Assembly (NCBI GenBank): GCA_965205215.1
Contig: OZ242041.1
Coordinates: 704,001 to 768,000 of the forward strand
Direction: 5' to 3'
DNA length: 64,000 bases
From: Nitrosopumilus sp.
Lineage (GTDB): Archaea > Thermoproteota > Nitrososphaeria > Nitrososphaerales > Nitrosopumilaceae
Shown here: one piece after another, positions 19,366 to 29,741 of the stretch
How the letters are laid out: the number at the start of each line of letters is the position of its first letter
Numbering within the stretch: position 1 is the first letter of the stretch
Notes under the pieces: generated by a model
Database searches by the model: none
What the model was told of the DNA's origin: nothing
What the model saw: the letters and a program-made list of their open reading frames with translations, nothing else
Made by a program: the position numbers and the translations under genes

Positions 19366-20376
19366 ATGATATCCGTAGACCTCGACAGGATCTTCCGCGT
19401 AATACGGGACAGGCGCCCCGCGTCGGTCTCGCTGAACGGCCCCGACGGTATGCTGCCGCAGGTGCAGGACGCCGCGGAGCGCATAGCAGCGGAGTTTGGC
19501 ATACCCGCGTACGTCATGGCCGACACCACGTGGGGCACCTGCGACCTGAACTCCAACGGGGCAAGGACGCTCGGCGCCGAGATCCACTTTAACATCGGGC
19601 ACACGATAAACTCCGAGACCATTCCGGGCAGCGAGAACACCGTGCTGATAGACGCGTTTGACGACGTATCGTTTGATGCTGTCGCCTCCAAATGCGCCGA
19701 GAAGCTGCGGGGCATGACCGCATCCCTCGTGACGGACAGCCAGCACCTGCGCCAGCTGGGCCGCGTCAAGAAGATACTCGAGGAGGGCGGCGTCGGCGTG
19801 GTGATCGGCGGGGGCTCCGGGCAGCTCAACGACGGCCAGGTGTTCGGGTGCGAGTTCTATCCTGCCCGAGAGGCGGCCGCGGACGGCGCAGCGGACGCGC
19901 ACGTGTTCCTGGGGCAGAGCAACTTTCACGCGGCGGGAATCGCGCTTGCCACCGGGCTGCCCACCTACGTGCTTGACCCGTACTTTGGCGAGGTGCGTGA
20001 GGTGTCCGAGTTTGCCCAGAAACTGAAGCGCAGGGCGACCCTAGCCGTGTACAAGGCCGCCGAGGCCAAAACGTTCGGGGTCATAGTGGGCCTCAAGGAG
20101 GGGCAGCTCTCAAAGACGTTCGCGCTGAAGATCAAGAGGGAGCTGGAGGGCGAGGGCAGGAAGGTGCACCTGTTTGCCATGACCGACATCACAAACGAGC
20201 GGCTGGCCAACATACGGGGGGTGGACGCGTTCGTGCAGGTGGCCTGCCCCCGCATATCGACTGACAACAAGTTTGACAGGCCCGTCCTGTCCACCCCGCA
20301 GGCCAGGATGCTGCTCCGGGTGATCCGCGGCGGGCAGGCCGACGAGAACTACATGCAGATTCCGCACTGGCTGTGA
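19366..20376 (+). CDS. dph2: Diphthamide biosynthesis protein Dph2
   Basis: TWGTCD, GQVFGC, KEGQ, ACPRI. Confidence 0.93.
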   Translation: MISVDLDRIFRVIRDRRPASVSLNGPDGMLPQVQDAAERIAAEFGIPAYVMADTTWGTCDLNSNGARTLGAEIHFNIGHTINSETIPGSENTVLIDAFDDVSFDAVASKCAEKLRGMTASLVTDSQHLRQLGRVKKILEEGGVGVVIGGGSGQLNDGQVFGCEFYPAREAAADGAADAHVFLGQSNFHAAGIALATGLPTYVLDPYFGEVREVSEFAQKLKRRATLAVYKAAEAKTFGVIVGLKEGQLSKTFALKIKRELEGEGRKVHLFAMTDITNERLANIRGVDAFVQVACPRISTDNKFDRPVLSTPQARMLLRVIRGGQADENYMQIPHWL

Positions 20377-20416
20377 CGCCGCAGTCGTTCCGGCGCGAGC
20401 CTGCTGACAAGTCCGG

Positions 20417-21529
20417 CTAGCCGCCGGACTCGGGCTCGGGGCTGGGCGCTTGGCGCATGTGTGGCTTTATCAGGATCTTTCCAAACAGCCCCCTGCCCTC
20501 CAGCATCCTCCGGTGCGCGCTGGCCGCGTCGTCGAGCGGAAACACAGAGTCTATCATCGAGCGTATCTTTTTCCTGGACATCCAGTACAGCCCCCGCTCA
20601 AGCTCGGCCCTGGTCCCCTGCGTCGAGCCCAGTATGCTTATCCCCTTGAAGAATATGTGCCTCAGGTCCGTCGGCGCGTCGTACCCTGTGGTGGCCCCCG
20701 TGGTGACTATGGTCCCCCCGTAGTTGAGCAGCCCGAGCTCCTTTTTCCAGTGCGAGCCCCCGACGTGCTCGAATATCACGTCGACTCCCGGCGGCTCCCC
20801 GTTCTGCTTTGGCATGCCGCCCGCGATGCGGCGCACCTCCCTGTGCCAGTCCTCCCTGCGGTGGTCCACCGCGTGGTCGGCCCCGAGCTCCAGGAGCCTG
20901 CCGAGCTTCTCGGCGCTTGCAGTCGCAATGACGCGGCATCCGAACAGCTTTGCGATCTGTATGCCGTAGCTTCCGACCCCCGAGGCCCCGCCCATCACCA
21001 GCACTATCTGGCCCGGGCGCACTGCCGCCCTGCCCACCAGCATGTGCCACGAGGTCAGGAGCGTCATCGAGGCCGCGGCCGCGTCGTCGTACGTGACGCC
21101 GTCCGGTATCGGGACCGCGTTTGACTCCGGCAGCCTAGAGTACTCGCAGTACCCGCCCCACAGCGGGCCGGTCTCAAAGCCCCAGATGCGCCTGTTCCTG
21201 CAGTCGTACTCCCTTCCGCTCGTGCACCTTCTGCAGGTGCGGCACGACAGGTTCCCGTGCGAGACTATCCTGTCCCCCGGCTTTACGGTTGTGACGTCGG
21301 GGCCCACCGCCGTCACCCTGCCCGCCGCGTCGCTGCCTGATATGTGGGGCAGCGGCACTGCCAGGGGCTTGCCCCTCATGCCCCATATGTCGTCGTAGTT
21401 GAGGGCGGCCGCCTCCACCCTGAACACCACGTCGCGGGGGCCCGGCTCCGGGTCGGGGACGTCCCTGACGTTGAGGATCGACGCAAAGTCGTCATTCTCG
21501 GCGTACCTGTCGTATACGAGGGCCCTCAT
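20417..21529 (-). CDS. Zinc-binding medium-chain dehydrogenase/reductase
   Basis: PHISGSDAAG, CxxCxxCxxxxxxxC, GGASGVG; start at MRALVYD. Confidence 0.9.
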   Translation of the reverse strand: MRALVYDRYAENDDFASILNVRDVPDPEPGPRDVVFRVEAAALNYDDIWGMRGKPLAVPLPHISGSDAAGRVTAVGPDVTTVKPGDRIVSHGNLSCRTCRRCTSGREYDCRNRRIWGFETGPLWGGYCEYSRLPESNAVPIPDGVTYDDAAAASMTLLTSWHMLVGRAAVRPGQIVLVMGGASGVGSYGIQIAKLFGCRVIATASAEKLGRLLELGADHAVDHRREDWHREVRRIAGGMPKQNGEPPGVDVIFEHVGGSHWKKELGLLNYGGTIVTTGATTGYDAPTDLRHIFFKGISILGSTQGTRAELERGLYWMSRKKIRSMIDSVFPLDDAASAHRRMLEGRGLFGKILIKPHMRQAPSPEPESGG

Positions 21530-21654
21530 GACTCGTCTCGTATGTATGCCGATTATATGGATTCTGAGGCCTGCTAGAGGCCCTTGGGCGGGCCCGGGGC
21601 CGGTTCGCCCCGTCGCCGACAAACAATTATAATCATACTGTCCCAAGCGGCCGC

Positions 21655-22284
21655 ATGGCTGCAGCGGCAACTACGGCGGGGAGCGCATCTGTGATACTTC
21701 CCGGCGACGGCATAGCCTCCATAGAGGAGTACGAGGCCGGCGCGAACACGTTTGATGACGGCGACATGGTAAGGGCCGCCACGGTCGGCGAAAAGATCAT
21801 AGACCGCGAGACGTGGACGGCAAGCATCAGGCACCCCAGGGTGTTCTCCGTTCCCAGGAAGGGCGATGCCGTGATAGGCACGGTAGCGGCCGTGATGTCC
21901 TCCATGATGGCAATCCGCATCGACTACATCAACGGCAAGCCGACGACCTCAAAGGTCGAGTGCATATGCTCCACGCGCAACATACGCAGAAAGAACGTGG
22001 CGCTCGTGGGAGACGTGGTTGCCCTGAAGATACTCGGAAGCCTCAACGGCGCCATACACAGCACTATGAGCGCGCCCGAGCTCGGCGTCGTGTTTACAAA
22101 GTGCCGCAAGTGCGGCGGCTCCGTCGTGCCGCTTCGGGACGTAATCAAATGTACTGAATGCTCGTGGATAGACGAGCGCAAGCTCTCAAACAGGCTCAAC
22201 AACGGTGACTTTGTAAGCCCGGAGCTGGCAGCCGACCCCGCCGCCCCGCGCGACGCAAAGAGCGGCAGCGATGCCTCGGGGTGA
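21655..22284 (+). CDS. csl4: Exosome complex RNA-binding protein Csl4
   Basis: LPGDGIASIEE, S1 domain, LGVVFTKCRKCG...CTEC..ERKLS. Confidence 0.9.
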   Translation: MAAAATTAGSASVILPGDGIASIEEYEAGANTFDDGDMVRAATVGEKIIDRETWTASIRHPRVFSVPRKGDAVIGTVAAVMSSMMAIRIDYINGKPTTSKVECICSTRNIRRKNVALVGDVVALKILGSLNGAIHSTMSAPELGVVFTKCRKCGGSVVPLRDVIKCTECSWIDERKLSNRLNNGDFVSPELAADPAAPRDAKSGSDASG

Positions 22285-23185
22285 GCGCGCCACGTCACCC
22301 GCCACCGATGACGGCGACAGCGACACGATCCGGGTCTCGTTCCCGGGCGAGCATGGCGCGTACAGCGAGGCGGCAGCAACATCATTCTTTGCGGGAAAGA
22401 AGGTGGTGGAAACCGTGCCACACCTCACCTTTGCGGCGGCGATAAGCGGCACGGTGGACGGCGACACGGACTATACCATACTGCCGGTGGAGAACTCGAT
22501 AGAGGGAAGCGTCGGCGAGAGCTACGACCTGCTCACCTCCACCCCGCTCGTGGCCGCCGGCGAGATGCACCACCGGATAAGGCACTGCCTCATAGGGTAC
22601 GGCCGGATCTCCGACGTAAGGCAGGTGTGGTCGCACCCGCAGGCCCTGGGGCAGTGCCGGAGGTTCCTTGAGGGGCGCGGGATGAGGGCGGTCCCCGCGT
22701 ACGACACGGCGGGCAGCATCAAGAACGTCAGGGATACAAAGGACCGGGAGGTTGCCGGGATCGCAAGCAAGGAGGCGGCCGAGCTGTACGGGGTGCCCGT
22801 AATCGCGGAGGACATCGCGGACAACTCGAGCAACTACACGAGGTTCCTGATACTGGCCGCGCGGGGCCGTGACACGTCGGGCCTGGCGCCCCCGCCAGGT
22901 GCGGGCGGCACCGCCGCGTACAAGACCTCGATAATACTCTCCCTAAAGCACGAGCCGGGCTCGCTCTACCGCGTCATCAAGAACTTTTACGAGAACGACG
23001 TCAACATGACGAAGATAGAGTCGAGGCCCACACGCGGAAACGCGTGGGAGTACAACTTTTACGTCGACTTTGAGGGGCATGCGGAGGACCCCCGGATAGC
23101 CGGCATGCTGGAGAGGATATGCAGCGACTCGTCCGTGCGCGTGCTCGGGTCGTACCCGTCCGCCGCGCCGCCCCCCGTCGAGTGA
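22271..23185 (+). CDS. pheA: Prephenate dehydratase
   Basis: PVENSIEGSV, SHPQALGQC, NYTRF, ACT domain KIESRP. Confidence 0.95.
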   Translation: MPRGERATSPATDDGDSDTIRVSFPGEHGAYSEAAATSFFAGKKVVETVPHLTFAAAISGTVDGDTDYTILPVENSIEGSVGESYDLLTSTPLVAAGEMHHRIRHCLIGYGRISDVRQVWSHPQALGQCRRFLEGRGMRAVPAYDTAGSIKNVRDTKDREVAGIASKEAAELYGVPVIAEDIADNSSNYTRFLILAARGRDTSGLAPPPGAGGTAAYKTSIILSLKHEPGSLYRVIKNFYENDVNMTKIESRPTRGNAWEYNFYVDFEGHAEDPRIAGMLERICSDSSVRVLGSYPSAAPPPVE

Positions 23186-23653
23186 TCAGAACCCCTTGGG
23201 CCTTCTGGCCGCAAAGCCCATGCTGAACCCTATGATTATGATCCCGGATATGATCACCATGAAGTCGAACGCGATCCATATGGGGTCCGAGCTTCTCACG
23301 ATGACCGGGTTTATCTGCAGGTCGCCGCCGCCGGTGTTCTTGATGCGTATGGTGGTGTCGCCGGACTCTGCGTGCGTCCACGACAGGGTGGTAGGGCCGC
23401 GGTATTCCGCGTTTGGAATCTGCAGCCCGCCGCCGGGGCTCGACAGCGTGACGTTGAAGCGGTCGCCGGTTATGCCCATAGTCTGGGCCGTGTTCTCGGG
23501 CGCCGGTATGAGATACGACACTGACTCGCCTGGCAGGACGGTGTACTCCTCCGTAACCGTGATGGGGCCCAGGTGCATGACGAGGGCCGTGGCGCCTATC
23601 CCTATGATTACGCTGCCGACTACCACGCCGATGATCGTAATCTTTGACCACAT
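23186..23653 (-). CDS. Hypothetical membrane protein (2 TM)
   Basis: N- and C-terminal TM helices around a beta domain. Confidence 0.7.
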   Translation of the reverse strand: MWSKITIIGVVVGSVIIGIGATALVMHLGPITVTEEYTVLPGESVSYLIPAPENTAQTMGITGDRFNVTLSSPGGGLQIPNAEYRGPTTLSWTHAESGDTTIRIKNTGGGDLQINPVIVRSSDPIWIAFDFMVIISGIIIIGFSMGFAARRPKGF

Positions 23654-23763
23654 GCGTGTGATCCGGCCGCTTCAAGATAAAAAGATTGGCAGGCGCCGGA
23701 GCCCGGCTCCCGGCATCGCGGTACCCTGTGCGGGCTGCCGCCTCCACCCCTCGTATCCGGGCA

Positions 23764-25200
23764 TCACATAAGCGAGACGTCGTGCGGGTTGCTCTCCGCA
23801 AACCCGGCCCTTGACATCTTGACGAACTCGGCGTTCTGCTGCATCTGCGGTATGGTGTGCGCCCCGCAGTAGCTCAGCCCGGAGCGCAGCCCACCTGCAA
23901 GCTGCTTTAGTATGTCCGTGACGCCCCCCTTGTAGGGCACCATCGCCTCCACGCCCTCCGCCACGTAGTCGTTGAGGTCGTCGTCAAGCGACACGTATCC
24001 TGTCTCCTTTGACTTGCGCCCTATGGACGCGGCGAGCGACGCCATGCCCCTGTACACCTTGAACCTCTTGCCGTTCTTTGTCAGTACCGTCCCCGGGGAC
24101 TCGTCGGTTCCGCCCAGCATGCTGCCCACCATCACGGAAGAGGCCCCGGCCGCGAGCGCCTTTGTGGCGTCGCCGGACGTGCGGGTGCCCCCGTCTGATA
24201 TTATCGGAACGTCGTTCTCCCGGCCCACCTTGGCGCAGTCGATCACCGCGGTCAGCTGCGGCACGCCGGATCCCGTAATCACCCTGGTGATGCATATCGA
24301 GCCGGAGCCCACCCCGACCTTTACGGCGTCGACGCCGGCCTTTATCAGGTCCTGTGTGCCCTGCGCGGTGGCCACGTTCCCCGCGATCAGCTCGCAGTCG
24401 GGGAACGCCTTTTTGATGTTGCGCACCGTGCCCATCGCGTTCTCGCTGTGGCCGTGCGCTATGTCCACCACCAGGACGTCGGCGCCCGCCTCTAGCAGGG
24501 CCTCGCTCCTCTCCATAAAGTCGCCCTTTACGCCGACTGCCGCCCCGACGAGGGGCCTGCCCTTGCCGTCGACTGACATGTTGGGATAGTCCGACGTGTT
24601 GATTATGTCGCGGGACGTGACAAGCCCGCACACTGTACCCTTCTCGTCCAGTATGGGGAGCTTTTCTATGCGGTTGTCGTGGAGTATCCTCTTTGCCTCG
24701 TCCAACCCCACCCCGGGGCCCGCCGTCACCACGTCCTTGGTCATCACGTCGCGGACACTGTCGGCAGGATCCGCAAAGAGGATGTCGCGCCCCGTGATGA
24801 TGCCCTCCAGCCTCCCCGTGCCCTTGTCAAGGACGAGCAGCCCGGACACCTGCTTGTCCTCCGAGTACTCGCGGGCTTCTTGCACCGTCCTGTCGGCCGA
24901 TATCGTGTAGGGGTGCTCTATCATGACACTGCCTGAGCGCTTTGCCCTGAGCACCTCTTCTGTCTGGTCCGCTATGGACAGGAAGCGGTGTATTATCCCT
25001 ATCCCGCCCGCCCTGGACATGGCGACTGCCATTGCAGACTCCGTTACGGTGTCCATGTTGGCGCTCACAAACGGCATGTTCAGCGTTATGTTGCGCGAGA
25101 GCTTGGTGGTAAGGTCGGTCTGCGACCTGCTTGTTATGTCAGAGTACTTGGGAACCAGCAGGACGTCGTCAAATGTCAGTCCCTCCCTGAACTCCGCCAA
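23764..25200 (-). CDS. guaB: IMP dehydrogenase
   Basis: LTFDDVLL, SANMDTVTE, CBS pair, GSGSICIT, YRGMAS. Confidence 0.97.
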   Translation of the reverse strand: MAEFREGLTFDDVLLVPKYSDITSRSQTDLTTKLSRNITLNMPFVSANMDTVTESAMAVAMSRAGGIGIIHRFLSIADQTEEVLRAKRSGSVMIEHPYTISADRTVQEAREYSEDKQVSGLLVLDKGTGRLEGIITGRDILFADPADSVRDVMTKDVVTAGPGVGLDEAKRILHDNRIEKLPILDEKGTVCGLVTSRDIINTSDYPNMSVDGKGRPLVGAAVGVKGDFMERSEALLEAGADVLVVDIAHGHSENAMGTVRNIKKAFPDCELIAGNVATAQGTQDLIKAGVDAVKVGVGSGSICITRVITGSGVPQLTAVIDCAKVGRENDVPIISDGGTRTSGDATKALAAGASSVMVGSMLGGTDESPGTVLTKNGKRFKVYRGMASLAASIGRKSKETGYVSLDDDLNDYVAEGVEAMVPYKGGVTDILKQLAGGLRSGLSYCGAHTIPQMQQNAEFVKMSRAGFAESNPHDVSLM

Positions 25201-25307
25201 TGAAACCCTGCTTGGATGCCTTGGATGCGATTATAAGTTTTGTGAGTTGCCTGCGCCTGCATATGCCGCGATAATGGCGGCGGGATCAACACGTTGTGCG
25301 CGGCGGG

Positions 25308-26417
25308 TCAGATCTTGCCTATCTTGTACAGCATCTCTGCCAGCAGGACGGCCCCCTTGCCTGACCCCATCTTTTTGTTGTGCGAGAACAGCATATACTT
25401 TAGGCCGTTCTCGAACAGCTCCTCCTTCTCGACCCTGCCGACGGTGGTGGTCATGCCGCCTCCCACCGAGCGCTCCATGCGGGGCTGCGGCCTGGTGGGA
25501 TCCTCGTGGAACGCATAGTACTCGTCGGGCGCCGACGGCAACCCCTCCGTTGACACGCTCCTGTTGTAGTCCTCGTATGCCTGCTTTGCGCGCTGGGGGT
25601 CGATCTCGCTCTTGGTCTCCACGAACACGGACTCCGTGTGACCGTCGACTACGGGCACCCTGGTGCACGTGCAGCTTATCCTGATGTCCGCGTCCTCTAT
25701 CCTCTCCCCGTTGAGGGTGCCCAGTATCTTGCGGGTCTCGAGCTTTACCTTTCCCTCCTCCTTGGGGATCCACGGCAGGATGTTGTCGGTGATGCCCATC
25801 GCCGAGACGCCGGTCTTGCCGCCGCCGGATATGGCCTGCATCGAGGTCATCATGACGCGGTCGACGCCGTACTTGTCATATAGCGGCTTTAGCGTGATTG
25901 CCAGACCCGTGGTGGTGCAGTTGGGAAGCGGGGCCACCCATCCGTTCCAGCCGCGGTTCTTGCTCTGCACCTCGAGCAGGTCGGCCTGGGCGTCGTTGAT
26001 GCCAGGTATGAGTATGGGAACGTCCTCCTCGTACCTGTACGCCGAGCTGGTCGATATGACCGGCAGCAGGGCCGCCATCTTGGTCTCGATGTCGCGGGCA
26101 GCCTGCGACTCTACTGCGGAGAATACCAGGTCAAGGCTTGACGTGTCGATCTCGTCTATGGAGCGCACCGTCATCGACTTGATGTACTCCGGTATCGGGC
26201 CCTCGACGTCCCACGCTATGATGCCGCCCGCGTTCCTTATGGCGTCCAGATAGTTCTTGCCCGCGGAGCGCTCTGACGCGGCAATCTGCGTGACCTCAAA
26301 CCACGGGTGGTTCTCTAGGGACTGGACGAACTCCTGTCCGACCGAGCCCGTGACGCCTATTATGGCTACCCGCTTCTTTCCGCCATTAGGGGACTGCTGC
26401 CGCTGCTGCTCTTCCAT
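25308..26417 (-). CDS. asd: Aspartate-semialdehyde dehydrogenase
   Basis: GVTGSVGQ, PNCTT, QAISGGG, RVPVVDGH. Confidence 0.93.
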   Translation of the reverse strand: MEEQQRQQSPNGGKKRVAIIGVTGSVGQEFVQSLENHPWFEVTQIAASERSAGKNYLDAIRNAGGIIAWDVEGPIPEYIKSMTVRSIDEIDTSSLDLVFSAVESQAARDIETKMAALLPVISTSSAYRYEEDVPILIPGINDAQADLLEVQSKNRGWNGWVAPLPNCTTTGLAITLKPLYDKYGVDRVMMTSMQAISGGGKTGVSAMGITDNILPWIPKEEGKVKLETRKILGTLNGERIEDADIRISCTCTRVPVVDGHTESVFVETKSEIDPQRAKQAYEDYNRSVSTEGLPSAPDEYYAFHEDPTRPQPRMERSVGGGMTTTVGRVEKEELFENGLKYMLFSHNKKMGSGKGAVLLAEMLYKIGKI

Positions 26418-26510
26418 GTGTGCACGGGGATATTTTCTTTTAATAATCCTTTAGCCGTCCATATGCCCGCACTCCAAAAGACACTATACCATCCACGCCG
26501 CCACAATGGC

Positions 26511-27623
26511 ATGGGCCGCGTACCACCCCGCATAGCCGGACACGTTGCTGTCAGGCACGGTGGCCGGCTGGCGTACGGGGCGGGATCCGGCATGGTAGAT
26601 TACAGCTCTAGCATCACGCCGCTTGGGACCCCGCCCGCGGTGGTGCGCGCGATCAGGGGGGCCGCCGGCACGGTCTCCGAGTACCCCGATCCCGGATCCG
26701 GCGCCCTGCTGGGGGCCCTGTCGCGGTATACGGGGCTGCCGCGCTCGAATTTGGTGGCCGGAAGCGGCGCGGTGGAGCTGATCTACGCCGCCGCGCACGC
26801 CTTTGGCGGGGGGAGGACGCTCGTGTGCGCCCCGACCTTTGGCGAGTACGAGGCGGCGGTGCGCATGTACCACGGCGGCTCGGGGATCGTGCGCCACGCG
26901 GGGAAGAAGAAGAAGAAGGATGCGTGGCTGTCCCCCACCGACATTGACGGGCTCGTAAGAAGGGTGCCGGACAACGGCATGGTGTTCCTGTGCAACCCCA
27001 ACAATCCCACCGGGGAGCTGCTGACGAGGAGGCAGGTGCGTGAGATACTTGACGCGGCGGCCTCCGCGGGCTCATGCCACGTGCTGGTCGACGAGTGTTT
27101 CATCGAGATGTCCCGGAGCCCGCGCGAGTCAGTCATGCCGTACGTGCGTAAGGAAAAGTATGGCAACCTCGTGGTGCTGCGCTCACTGACAAAGTCGTTC
27201 GGACTGCCCGGCATACGCGTCGGATACGCGGCCGCCGGCCGCGACGTGGCAGACATCATACGAAAGACGACGGTGCCGTGGAGCGTCAGCTGTCTGGCCG
27301 AGGCGGCCGGCGTGGCGGCCCTGAGGGACGCGCATACCATTCTCAGGAGGACGCGCGACGCGGTGCGGGCCGAGCTGCGGTATATGCAGGGGAGGCTGTC
27401 AAAGATACCGGGCGTCGAGTGCCGCGACACGGACGCGAACTTTGTCCTGGTGAAAACGAGGCTCGGGGCGCCGCGCCTGCAGAAACTGCTTGCCGGGAGG
27501 GGAATGCTCGTGAGGGACTGCTCTGACTTTGCAGGCCTTGACGGCCGCCACGTCAGGATCGCCATAAAGAGGCGCAGGGAGAACAGGATGCTTGCCGACG
27601 CGCTGGAGGATATCCTGCGATGA
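26511..27623 (+). CDS. cobD: L-threonine-O-3-phosphate decarboxylase (class I/II PLP enzyme)
   Basis: HGG..DYSSSITPLG, YPDP, CNPNNPTG, DECF, RSLTKSFGLPGIRVGY, RDCSDF; first gene of cob cluster; start uncertain. Confidence 0.85.
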   Translation: MGRVPPRIAGHVAVRHGGRLAYGAGSGMVDYSSSITPLGTPPAVVRAIRGAAGTVSEYPDPGSGALLGALSRYTGLPRSNLVAGSGAVELIYAAAHAFGGGRTLVCAPTFGEYEAAVRMYHGGSGIVRHAGKKKKKDAWLSPTDIDGLVRRVPDNGMVFLCNPNNPTGELLTRRQVREILDAAASAGSCHVLVDECFIEMSRSPRESVMPYVRKEKYGNLVVLRSLTKSFGLPGIRVGYAAAGRDVADIIRKTTVPWSVSCLAEAAGVAALRDAHTILRRTRDAVRAELRYMQGRLSKIPGVECRDTDANFVLVKTRLGAPRLQKLLAGRGMLVRDCSDFAGLDGRHVRIAIKRRRENRMLADALEDILR

Positions 27624-28483
27624 AAAACATAATGGTGCAGGGAACCTCGTCGGGCGCGGGCAAGAGCGTGATTGCGGCCGCGCTGTGCAGGATACTCTCC
27701 GACATGGGGTACGCGGTGGCCCCGTTCAAGTCGCAGAACATGTCGCGGTACTCGTATGTGGCGCCCGGCGGGCGCCTGGAGGTCGCGTCGGCGCAGGCCG
27801 TGCAGGCGGCCGCGGCCCGCTGCGACATCACGCACGAGATGAACCCGATACTGCTCAAGCCCAGGGGGGACGGCACGAGCGCCGTGTACGTCAACGGCAC
27901 GATGCGCGACGTGATGGACGCATCCTCGTACTATGACGGGTTTGCCCTCGGCGACGGGCTGGCGGCCGCGTCAAGGGCGCTGCGGTCCCTGATGGAGAGG
28001 TTCGAGGTGGTGGTGCTAGAGGGCGCGGGATCCCCCGCCGAGGTCAACCTTGCCAAGTATGACATTGCGAACATGAGGATGGCCCACATGGCAGGCGACG
28101 CGCCCGTGCTGATCACGTGCGACGTGGACAGGGGGGGCGCGTTTGCATCGCTTGCCGGGACCATGCGCCTGCTGCCCGAGGACGATGCCCGGCTGGTCCG
28201 CGGGTTCATACTCAACAAGTTCCGCGGCGACGCGTCCATACTGGAGCCCGGGTACGCCGTCCTCCGCGACGTGACCGGCGTGCCGGTCGTGGGCACCGTC
28301 CCGATGATTGACGACATGGGCATACCCGACGAGGACTCGCTTGACAGGCGCCCCGGATCCCCCCGGTGGGACTCGGGGGAGCCACCGCCCGGGCTTCAGG
28401 CGGAGCTGGACAGGCTCGCGGGCCACGTAAGGGACAGCGTGGATGTGGACGCGGTAGTTAAGATGATATCTGAGGGGAAGTGA
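27620..28483 (+). CDS. cobQ: Cobyric acid synthase lacking the glutaminase domain
   Basis: QGTSSGAGKS, PFKSQNMS, MNPILLKP, EGAGSPAEVNL, NKFRGD. Confidence 0.9.
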   Translation: MKNIMVQGTSSGAGKSVIAAALCRILSDMGYAVAPFKSQNMSRYSYVAPGGRLEVASAQAVQAAAARCDITHEMNPILLKPRGDGTSAVYVNGTMRDVMDASSYYDGFALGDGLAAASRALRSLMERFEVVVLEGAGSPAEVNLAKYDIANMRMAHMAGDAPVLITCDVDRGGAFASLAGTMRLLPEDDARLVRGFILNKFRGDASILEPGYAVLRDVTGVPVVGTVPMIDDMGIPDEDSLDRRPGSPRWDSGEPPPGLQAELDRLAGHVRDSVDVDAVVKMISEGK

Positions 28484-28502
28484 CAGGCGGGGTGGCGGGG
28501 TT

Positions 28503-29558
28503 ATGATGGAGTATGTGGTGCTGCACCTCGGGCTTGTCGTGTTCGGAGCCGTTGCAATCGACATGGTGCTGGGGGATCCAAGGAACCGGTACCACCCCAC
28601 CGCCTGGGTAGGCGGCCTGATGGCAAGGATGATCTCGTTTTCTGCCGGACGCGGGTTTTGGGCCCAGAGGCTCGGGGGCGTGGCGGCAGTGGCGGCGCCC
28701 GCGTGCGCCGCCGTGGCGCTGCTCTTGCCGCTGCACTATGCGGCGGGGCACGCATTTGCGGCCCTTGGCTGGGGCGGCGCCGCCGCCGTGGCTGCTGGAG
28801 CTGCTGCGGATCCCGTGCAGTACGTATATGCGGCCGTGCTCGCGGCGGCGTGCTGCGTGCTCTTAAAGTGCACCATCGCGGTGCGCGGCATGCAGGAGCA
28901 CGCCTATGCCGTAGTCGAGTCGCTTGAGGGCGAGGGTGGGGTGGCGGGCGCGAGGTCCAGCCTGTCGATGATAGTGAAGAGGAAGACGGGATCGCTTGAC
29001 GAGGAGCATGTCATATCGGGGGTGCTTGAGAGCATCGGCGAGAACACTGTCGACGGCGCGACGGGCTCGCTGTTCTATTACGGGCTGTTCGGGCTGCCCG
29101 GCGCGTTTGCGCACCGCATAGTAAACACCGCGGACTCGATGGCCGGGTACCGGGGCGAGATGCTCGGCAGGCTCGGGTGGTTTGCGGCCCACGCCGACAC
29201 CGTACTGAACTATGTTCCCGCCCGGCTCACCGGCATCGCGATGGTGGTCGCGTCCGCGGCGCTCGGATATGACTGGAGGGGGGCCCTCCGGTCGATGGGC
29301 CGAGACGGCGGCTCGACTGCAAGCAGGAACTCCGGATACCCCATGGCAGCCCTTGCCGGGGCGCTGAACGTCCGGCTCGAAAAGGAGGGGCACTACGTCC
29401 TGTGCAGCGGCGGGCGGGCCCCAAGCACCCGCGACGTGAGGCGCGCCGTGTCGCTCATGAAGGCAACCGTCCTAGTGTTTGCTGCCGGGGTGGTCGTCCC
29501 GGCCGGGGTGGCGTCGGGCGCCGTGTCGCTCATGATACTTGGCGCGAATGGGGCGTGA
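28503..29558 (+). CDS. cbiB: Adenosylcobinamide-phosphate synthase
   Basis: GDP...HPTAWVG, ESIGENTVDG, VNTADSMAGY, NSGYPMAALAGAL. Confidence 0.93.
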   Translation: MMEYVVLHLGLVVFGAVAIDMVLGDPRNRYHPTAWVGGLMARMISFSAGRGFWAQRLGGVAAVAAPACAAVALLLPLHYAAGHAFAALGWGGAAAVAAGAAADPVQYVYAAVLAAACCVLLKCTIAVRGMQEHAYAVVESLEGEGGVAGARSSLSMIVKRKTGSLDEEHVISGVLESIGENTVDGATGSLFYYGLFGLPGAFAHRIVNTADSMAGYRGEMLGRLGWFAAHADTVLNYVPARLTGIAMVVASAALGYDWRGALRSMGRDGGSTASRNSGYPMAALAGALNVRLEKEGHYVLCSGGRAPSTRDVRRAVSLMKATVLVFAAGVVVPAGVASGAVSLMILGANGA

Positions 29559-29741
29559 TGCGGGCATGATTATGAAGGGTCTGTTGGGGCATGCGGCGGA
29601 GGGCCGCGGTGATCACGGCAGCGGCGGTGGTTGCATAGGCGGTGGTTACGTAGACTATGGTGATATCGACAGCAATGACGCCTGCGGCATTCTCGGCGGC
29701 CGCGGCATCAGTATGATGCGGGGGCGCGGTGACGGTTTGTA

